Shown here one piece after another: positions 53,912-64,000 of a DNA stretch of 64,000 bases (positions are counted from its first letter, which is position 1; each line of letters begins with the position of its first letter). The notes beneath the pieces were generated by a model. That model saw only the letters and a list, made by a program, of their open reading frames with translations, searched no databases and was not told the DNA's origin. The position numbers and the translations under genes were made by a program. This DNA is from Octopus vulgaris. Lineage: Eukaryota. Location: contig OX597816.1 of NCBI GenBank assembly GCA_951406725.2, positions 116,994,001-117,058,000 of the forward strand, in the 5' to 3' direction.

Positions 53912-55019
53912 AAACTTCTTCAGGGTTGGTCATGGTGGGGGCGTAAGCGCTAATAATGGTCGCACTAGTCTTGTTTCCAAGTGGGAGTTGCATCTTCATC
54001 AGCCGATCGTTGATACCCTCGGGGGAGCTTTCCAGTTTCCGCACGTGTACTGACTTGATGGCAAAACCAACACCAGCCTCACGACGCTCTTCGCTGCTGC
54101 AACCACTCAAAAAAAAAGTGTAGCCGCCGCCCGTCTCTGTCAGCTGGCCTTTGTCCGCAATGCGGGTCTCGCTCAGTGCTGCGATATCGACATTGTATCG
54201 GCTCAGTTCTCTGGCCACCAGGCTCGTCTCTCCGCTTTGGTGTTGTCAAGCAGAATTCTCACGTTCCAAGTTGCGAAAGTGAGCACCTTTGTTCGTTTTC
54301 TTTCTTTGTTTCGACCGCTTGGAAAGGATCCCCACCAGCCGCGGTTTGCTGACCAGGGTGTGGTGAGGCAGGCTATGTTTAGGGCAACCTTTTCTAGCCC
54401 CGTCCTCATGCTGTGGAGGCGAGCAGAGCGATCCTGAAGAGGGCTGCTCGGTCACTCAGGAGGCTGCCAGACTCCACTGCTGCCTCAGTTCAGTGAGGGG
54501 CGACCACATGTCCTAAGCCGCCTGTGTGTGGGTTCACGACTGCAGCTCCCAGTGTATCCTCACCTGCTACTTCGCCGTTTCCCCATCGCCACAGGACTTT
54601 GTGATGTTGGTGTCATGATGTCATGACGTGCGCGTGACTTGGATTATAGTGAGGGTGACTTGCGCAGGATCAGCCTCACTCTCTCGTCCTGGTGCACCGG
54701 ATCCAGTGGCAAGACAAAGTCAAGACGCCTGGGGGTAGACCAGGATGCAGGAGCTGCCGGAAGGTGGCACGCATGGCGCAATCCAACCCCCGTAGGGGCT
54801 CCACTCCAGATTTATGTAGGTTTTTGGGTGGCCATTGACTCATGAGAGAGTTCCTCTGCCCTTTGACAGGTTTTGTTTTTAGTCCTGCTGGGTGTCCAAA
54901 TCACCCTCCTCATCAAGAAATCTTGGTGGGGTTGCCAGTTTAGTCGCCAACGACCCGACCATGTAACAGGTTGTACTGGGTTACATGTTATCAGTAGCTC
55001 CAAGCAGAGACCTGACACA
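53912..55019 (-). mobile_element. Second copy of RTE LINE 5' UTR and N-terminal APE (product of the duplication)
   Basis: ORF 53910-54218 nearly identical to 51898-52458; small frameshifting deletion near 54225. Confidence 0.93.
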
Positions 55020-55924
55020 ATATATATATACATATACAAGCACACATATATTATTTATATTTTTGTAAAGATGCTTGACTCAGTGGTTAAAGCATCAGGC
55101 TTACAATTGTAAGATTGTGAGTTTGATTCCCAAACTGAGACGTGTGTAGTGTTCTTGAGCAAGACACTTTATTTCAAATTGTTCCTGTTCACTCAGCTGT
55201 GAGAAGACTTATCCATTTATAGGTACAACTAACTTTTGCCAGTTAAGTAGACTGGAGCAGCGTGAAAATAGAGTGTCTTGCTCAAATATGCAATGGGCTA
55301 CAGAGAATCGAACTCGTGACCTTACAATCATGAGCCGAATACCCTAACCATTAAAATGCAAGCTCACCCTTATTTCTATCACAAGGCTTTTATCAACCGA
55401 AGTCTATTGTACAATACTCTAATCCAAAATGCTGCATGTAATAGGCTTGAACCTAATACCTCACTAGTCTGAAACAGATTCTTAAACATCTGGTCATAAT
55501 TGCATTGTATTTTACAAGAATGCTTCCAGACACAGTCACTTAGTGATATGAAGATCACTGACTTTTCTGTATATTATCATTGAGTAAAGATGGAATTGGT
55601 TCAAGTATTAATAGCATTTACTCTGGTTATTGCCTCCAACATAAAACACACATTGAAATGTTCTTGTGTTTTTCATCTCTCTGTGTTTAGATGCTCTTCA
55701 ATATATTTTTTTTTGAAATATCTGTCTAAAAGTGGGTGTATAGTGGGTACATGAGAATATATGTGAGTGAGTATACATTTGTGTATTGATTATGATTAGC
55801 ACTACATTGTGGCTCCTGGTATTATTGATTCTGCATGGTATGCACACACATACACACAAATACATGTGTGTATGCACATACACACACACACACACAAACA
55901 CGTATGTATGTATATGTACATATT

Positions 55925-55971
<47 letters not shown>

Positions 55972-56007
55972 TATAAATGTATATGTATGTATATAGATGC
56001 ATGTGTA

Positions 56008-56049
<42 letters not shown>

Positions 56050-56141
56050 TGTGTGTGTATGTATATATATGTATATATGTATGTATGCATATATATATAT
56101 TAATATATGCATGAATATATGCATATGTATATATATATATA

Positions 56142-56493
56142 GGCACGAGCATGGCTGTGTGGTAAGAAGCTTGCTTACCAACCATATGGTTTTGGGTTCA
56201 CTCCCTCTGCATGGCACCTTGGGCAAGTGCCTTTCACTATAGCCTTGGACCGACCAAAGCCTTGTGAGTGGATTTAGTAGATGGAAACTGAAATGAAGCC
56301 TGTTGAATATATATATATATCACTTGACAACCAATGCTAGTGTGTTTACAACCTTGTAACTTAGCAGTTTGGCAAAAGAAACCAACAGAATAAGTAATAG
56401 GCTTACAGAGAATAAGTCCTGGGTCGATTTGCTCGACAAAAGATGGTGCTCCAGTATGGCTTCAGTCACATGATTGAAACAAGTAAAAAGAGT
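56142..56493 (+). mobile_element. SINE family A
   Basis: Matches 34221-34630. Confidence 0.88.
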
Positions 56494-56518
56494 AATAAAA
56501 AAAGAATATGTATGTATG

Positions 56519-56563
<45 letters not shown>

Positions 56564-56988
56564 CAAAACATGCATATACCTATGCACAAACACACACTAT
56601 GAATGCATGCTTGAGGTTTCTATGTTTGTTCAGGGAGAGAGATTGTTTTTCTCTTTTTTTTTTTTACAATACAGATGTATCAAAGTTTTATTTTATGGAA
56701 CCGAAACAAAAGACTAGCCAATGAAACAAATGCTTCAGGGAAGAAAGCTGAGAATATTCAATGGAAGGGGAATAACTATACTATCTTAATGTCGATAGAG
56801 AAGCCTAAGAGAGAAAGTGGCTTTTGCACTGTGAATGTAAGTATTATGCATACAAATCACTATATGAATATAAGATAAATTAGTATATATATATGCTAGC
56901 AGTAACCAAAAGCTAAAATTAAATTATATTAAACACACACACACATGTATATGTATAGATATATTTATACACATATATATACCTTATG

Positions 56989-57127
<139 letters not shown>

Positions 57128-57695
57128 GTATGTATATATATACATACATACAAACAAAAAGAAAAACAGAGATAAAGGAGATCTTTAGATCCAAATAATA
57201 AATATAAATGTTACCAACGTAATTACTTTTCTGTGTAATACTTGTATGTGCAGGTGTGTGTGATTGTGTGTGTAGGTATGTGTGATTGTGTATGTGTTGT
57301 TTGAATGTGCCCATGTGTGTATATGTATACAGATAGATAGATAGATAGAATATATAAGTATATATATATATATAAATTTGTATATACATATACATAAATA
57401 TACTTATATAATTAATATGCATGTATGTATGTATATATGTATGTATATACGTATGCATGTATGTATGTACGTATGCATGTATGTATGTATGTATGTAGAA
57501 TTTATCAACATACACATGCAAAGACACAAAGATTCATATCAATAATTCCATGCACATGAAAAATAAACAAATAATGTATATTTTGTAACGTATACATTTG
57601 CACATTCAGCTTAATAACTTACTACAAACAATAGTTGGTACAACTGATGCAATACACCAACAAACAAACTCACATCTTTATATACATGCATATGT

Positions 57696-57902
<207 letters not shown>

Positions 57903-58199
57903 TAGATAGTTCGATAAATAGATATAGATATATATATACACAGATAAATGTACACAGATATATATATACACAGATAATGTATTCATATACAAATGTAAGT
58001 GTATATCTATCTGTGTGTGTGTGTGTGTGCGCATGTAATATCTATTAAATATACAATAGAACGCTGAAATTAATAACTTGCCCTTTAACAATAAAGTTGT
58101 GTACAATGCACACAATACATGTATACACATTTCACATATTTACACTACAACAGATAAAGAGCACTGTTTACTTTGATTGTAATAATTCTTATAAATATA

Positions 58200-58480
58200 A
58201 GATGGTGATGATGATGATGATGATGATGACGACAATGAAGGTGATGATGATGATGTCAATGATGAGGATGATTATGATGATAATATCAACTGCAATGAAA
58301 ATGATGATGACTAATGATGAAAACGATGACGATGATGATGAGGATGATTATATCAATAACGATGATGTCAAGAAAGAGGATGATTATGATGATAATGTCA
58401 ACTGCAATGAAAATGATGATGATGGTGATGATGATGATAATGACAACAATGACAGTGATGGTATTGGTAGTGGCGGTTTT
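58200..58480. repeat. (GAT)n-rich tract with ~47-bp internal duplication
   Basis: gaggatgattatgatgataat.tcaactgcaatgaaaatgatgatga at ~58264 and ~58376. Confidence 0.85.
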
Positions 58481-58536
58481 GATTAATATAAGTATTAATG
58501 TTATATATATATATGTGTGTATATATATATATATAA

Positions 58537-58609
<73 letters not shown>

Positions 58610-58725
58610 AAGAAAGAGAAATAGAGACAGAAAGAGAAAGAGAGAAGGAGAAAGAGAGAGACATAGGTAGCTAGAGTGAGAGTCTTACAGACAGACAGAC
58701 TTATGGAAGGATGGGCAGATGGAAG

Positions 58726-58842
<117 letters not shown>

Positions 58843-59351
58843 ATTGTTAGGTAGTCACTTATACACATGTGTCTGTGTGTATGTAATGTGTATGCATGTG
58901 TTTGGTGTGTATTATGTATGTGCTGTGTGTACAATATACCTAACCATCGTTGGTTATTGAGCAAATAATTTGAGTGTTTTTGTGTGTGAATATATGTTAT
59001 GCTATGAATATAAACACAACGTACATAAAAAAAAACGCACGCACACACACACACACACACAACACACATACATACACTTATAGACACATACAGACATATA
59101 CAGACACCCATAACAGACAAAAAGAAAGTGAGATGTAGAGTGATTGATTCTACTTTTATACAGCAGCATTCTGAATTTCTGAACAGGATGGAATTGTTCC
59201 TTTTATTCATTGGTGTTATGGAGAAAGGTAATGCATCTCATTTAATAAAACTCAACAATTATATGGCAATGTGACACTATATGCAAATGATATATCATAA
59301 GTGTGTAGGTGTGTGTGTGTGTGTGTGTGTACACATGTATATGTGTGTGTT

Positions 59352-59514
<163 letters not shown>

Positions 59515-59572
59515 TATATAACATATATATATATATATTATATATATAATATATATACATATATATATATAC

Positions 59573-59619
<47 letters not shown>

Positions 59620-61111
59620 TACATACATGCATCATTATAGGTAATATACCTGGTAAAAGATACCCATATTATTGAATATGTCCACACATGCAGCATTCAC
59701 ACACATAAATATATATGATAATGTGTGTGTATGCGTGTTTGTGTCTGTGTGTGAGTGTGTCAGGGTTTATATATATATATATATGTGTGTATGTGTGTGT
59801 ATATTTATATATATCATATACATATAAATACATATTCATACACACTCATACAGATACACGCACACATACACACACACACACACTCACACACACCAACATT
59901 CACATACACACACATGCATAATAACTCTCTTGGACATATACAAATATATGTACGTGTACATGTATTACATGATATAAAATCTATTTTATTGTACAATTTT
60001 CTTTTTATCATGACAGACTGCATTCATGCTCGGAACATTTATTTCTAAACTAACAGTAATAATGCATTATTACCATTAATTTAGAAATGAAGGTTCCCAG
60101 TTCAAATGAGGTTGGTACTATACACACATCCAGGAATAAGAATCTAGACTACAATATGAGGTATAGCTATCAAATCATAGCTTTGATGTAAATAGGAAAA
60201 AAATTTCTTTTCTCGTGATCAGTTAAATACTCAAAATAATTATTTTATCTGTTCTGAAGTTTTCTTATCATTTTACACTCTTTTTATGTATATATATATA
60301 CTTTGTAGAAAGGGTTTTATATAGCTAGATGCATTTCCCACTGTGTATCATGAAGTTAGACAAAAAGAGAGAAGCAAGCAAAATATCTTTTTTCCAGTCA
60401 AAGTTTACTCTCCATGAGAATAAAATAAGTACCAACAAAATACTGGGCTTAATTAAAATTGATTATGCCACTCATAAAAAGTTTTTGGTCTGATATAAAG
60501 CATATATGTATAGAAAATTGATATAGATATATACTATATTTGTATGTTAAGCAGGGCTACCATTGGTTTCATGTTAAGAAAGATATCTCTTAACAGTTAT
60601 CAAACCTGTCGCATGAGATGTTGATGTTCATCTCTATCTTCAATGAAAGCATCCACCAATGCAGTGTTGAGCAGTCATTTTCACTCTTCAATAATAACGC
60701 ATATGTACATGTGTGTGTATATATATATACACACACACATACATAACCAGTATATGTGATTGAAGTAGTATTAAATAGTCATCTATGTACCATACTTAAT
60801 GTATATAAACACTTAATCAGCCAGTTACTATATACTATGATATTCATGCTGAGATAACATTATAACATCTCTTATGGGTGTACTATGTTAAAAACACAAT
60901 AAATGTCAGAGGGAGATAAAAAAAAGAAAACACTTGTCATCTCCCTCCATGCTTTGAATATTTTTTTTACATAGATAGCTCACACTCTCTCTCTCTCTCC
61001 ATTTGTGTGTGTGTGTCTGAGTATTAATCAATGAAATTCCAACTTAGTCTGATTTTCATGTTTTATTATTTACAATTTTACAATATTGAGATGAACTAGT
61101 ATTTTTATGCA

Positions 61112-61451
61112 TTAAAGACCCCCTTCGGTCATGTGTGACCATGGGTTTGCACCTAGAGAGTTACCCTCTGAGGCACAAGTCTGGGCAAGGTTGTTTTTAT
61201 GGAAGACCAGCAGTCGCCCATGCATACCGGCCTCCCCTCTCCACGCCACCAGTGTTATCCAAGGGAAAGACAAAGGTCGATACAGTTTGGCACCAGTGAC
61301 GTCGCAACTCATTTCTACAGCTGAGTGAACTGGAGCAACGTGAAATAAAGTGCTTTGCTCAAGAACACAACATGCAGCCCGGTCCGGGATTCGAACTCAC
61401 AACCTCACGATCGTAAGCTCGACGCTCTAACCACTGAGCCATGCGCCTCCA
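61112..61451 (-). mobile_element. SINE family D, full length
   Basis: tRNA head ggaggcgcatggctcagtggttagagcg..gttcgaatccc, then tgttcttgagcaaagcactttatttcacgttgctccagttcactcagctg core. Confidence 0.9.
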
Positions 61452-61789
61452 ATACCTGATATATATATATATATATATACCTGCATACACACAAATGCAT
61501 GTGTGCACACACACACATACAGATACATGCACATGCACACACATATCTGGCTTCCACACAGTTTCCATTATTAGATTTCACACACAAAGCATTAGCCAAC
61601 CCTAGACTATGGTATAATAAACTTCCCAAAGAGTTACACAATGGGATCCAACTCTAAGTCATGTGCTCACAAAGTCAGTTTCTAAACCACACAGCCATGC
61701 ATTCATCCATTTATATGCATGGAGGTTTTTTTAATCTCAGTACAAATCCCAATTTTGAAGTTGTAATTTAAAAATTAATGACTAGACAA

Positions 61790-62175
61790 AATCATTAGCA
61801 TACTGGGAAAAATAGTGACATTTTGTCCAACTTTACAATCTGAGCTCATATTCTGCCAAGGTCGATTTTGCCTTTCGTCCTTTTATAGTCAATAAAATAA
61901 GTACCAGTTGATTACTATGGTTGATGTAATCGACTTACCCAATTCCCTAAAATTGCTGGTCTTGTGCCAAATTTGAAATCAGTTTGGAATTATTGATTTA
62001 TAACATATGTGGGAGGTACAGATGATTCTTTTTGACTCATTATTTGGCTGTATTTTATTGATCCAAGAATAATAAAAAATATCATTGACCTTGGTGGGAA
62101 TTGAACTCAGAATGCAAAGAGGTATAATTAAATACTACAATATATTTTTTCCTAATACTCTGCCAATACTGCCAA
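61790..62175. mobile_element. Inverted pair of degenerate family-B-related SINEs
   Basis: Plus ttctgccaaggtcgattttgcctttc..aagtaccagttg; minus ttgaccttggtgggaattgaactcagaat. Confidence 0.6.
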
Positions 62176-62699
62176 TTCCTGTCAATGATATCTGGCAGGG
62201 ATTGAGTAGTCTGAGGACTGTGCCGAGCTGAGCCTGCTTTGGCAGATCTTAGGTCAAACATCCTTACCAAATGGTTAGTGTGTTTGACCCATGAACACAA
62301 AGTTTTGGATTTAATTTCTGGACTGGGCAGTGTGCTATATCTGTGAGAAAAGCTCTATTTTTCATGTTGCTCCAGGCTACATAAATGTAAATGAGTACCA
62401 GACACATGTTGGTGTAGCTGTCTCTCTCTCTTTCTCCTGTTGTCATTTCCTGGTTGTGCTGAAGGTTTGGAATTCATGGCGCACAGAGGGTATCTATGTC
62501 TGCTTGTAACTATATAGGCACCAAAAATCAATTAACAAAAGCATGGTATATTGTTGCAAATCCACACTTGTTTGGCAATGATAGCTGGCCACTTATACTA
62601 TTTCAGAGAAAGTAGCAGATATGTGAGGTCTGCAGGGAATTCAGAATCCTGACTGACCAGTACAAGATCACAAGTTCTCTAAGTTTTGTACATGTATGT

Positions 62700-62810
<111 letters not shown>

Positions 62811-64000
62811 CAGAGGTTCTGCAACCAGTGAACAAAAGAAAGAAATATGCACAGAAAAGGTTTCTTTAAAATATTTTAAATGAGCCTCCTTTAAAATAAT
62901 TTTTGTGCAGAAAAGAAGGGTTTTTTGTCAAGACCAGATATCAAGACTTGTTGTCAGGTCCTAATTTCACATGCTAATATAGTTTTATTAACCTCACATC
63001 ACCTGGCATAAAGCCACTGTCCTCAGTACTACTCCCCAGCAAGTTACGTGGTGACCTCACTAGCACTGGTGCCACATAAAAAGTACCCAGTACACTCTGT
63101 AAAGTGGTTTGCATTAGGAAGGGGATCCAGCTGAAGAAATCATGCCAAAGCAGACAGTAGAACTTGGCACAGTTTTCTGACTTGCCAGCTCCTATCAAAC
63201 CATCCAATCCATGCCAGCATGGAAAACAGATGTTAAATGATAATGATGATGACGAAAGACAGGGTGTGCCAAAATTAATTTGGAACAATTTTAAGCTTAC
63301 ATTTGCACAAGTATTCAGTGCAAACATAATTTTGTCATAGGAAAAAAGTTTGCACAACATAAAATTTTTGCACACACTGATTACTAAAGATTAAAGCGAA
63401 CATTGGTATCAACCAAAAATAATTTTCACAGCAAGACTTAAATGTGTTTACATTCAGTTAATAAAGCATTCTTAGACTAACTAGTAACAAAAATAAAGCA
63501 ACTAAAACATTGAATTAAACAAGATTCTCTCTAGTAACACAGCTCCAACAAGTTCACTGGATGTATGCTACACTTTTTTGTACTAAAAACAAGTGGCCAT
63601 CTTTGTTCTGATATTTAAGATGTGTATTTATTCACTTACCACCTATTTGTATGCATTGTTTTTCTGTCATACACAAATGTATATAAACATCAAGCCATTG
63701 AAGGAGTCTCTATCTAGTTGCTTGGATTACTAGAAAGAGTAGCTAAATTTCCTTCATATCACATCTGTTTACCATCTTAAACAAAGAACACAGAATACAG
63801 ATGAGGATCTGTTGGAAGTTCAGCTCTAGCAAGTAGTGACATTCAACTTGGCTGCAGTGGAATTATCAAGACACCAATAGCAAAGTGAAATGATGATTGG
63901 CATTATCAAACTGTGGCTCCTGTGCAGGTGACACATAAAAAGCATCATTTGAGCATGGCCGTTACCAGTACCATCTGACTGGCACGTAAAAGCACCCACT

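Larger units (their letters stand above)
52072..55695. repeat. ~1.8-kb tandem duplication (52072-53905 / 53912-55695)
   Basis: Co-linear high identity across LINE 5' part and non-LINE flank. Confidence 0.93.

Noticed and set aside
58097-58586. Met/Asp-rich ORFs resembling acidic biomineralisation proteins
   Set aside because: Explained by (GAT)n expansion between microsatellites; no signal peptide or splice support.
61378-61451. Functional tRNA genes at SINE heads (also 49241, 34221, 45425)
   Set aside because: Continue into SINE bodies, have poor acceptor stems and no Pol III terminator directly after the tRNA.

Overview
AT-rich, microsatellite-saturated eukaryotic intronic/intergenic DNA. 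The repeat families (tRNA-headed SINEs, RTE and CR1 LINEs, Penelope-like elements) suggest an octopod cephalopod, but that is inference. No host protein-coding gene is confidently identifiable, and almost all supplied ORFs are microsatellite read-through. Recognisable coding sequence is decayed transposon: one near-complete but broken Penelope-like element (PLE; RT + GIY-YIG, 42066-43887), four more PLE 3' fragments, a GC-rich RTE LINE (49748-53190) whose 5' part is tandemly duplicated together with host flank, and CR1/L2/RTE/mariner remnants. There are also Tc1/mariner and piggyBac-type MITEs, a non-autonomous Helitron and several SINE families. The most notable signal is at RNA level: six type-I hammerhead-ribozyme (HHR) motifs read by eye (plus one weak one), each with a different sequence. 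They include one with an intact core, one U3-A8 compensatory core variant, three with very long stem II, and one forming the tail of a tRNA-headed SINE (candidate PLE-mobilised SINE). Also present: a ~630-bp minisatellite built from overlapping STAT-like and kB-like motifs, and two long hairpins. All folds and alignments were done by eye; coordinates of degenerate repeats are approximate.
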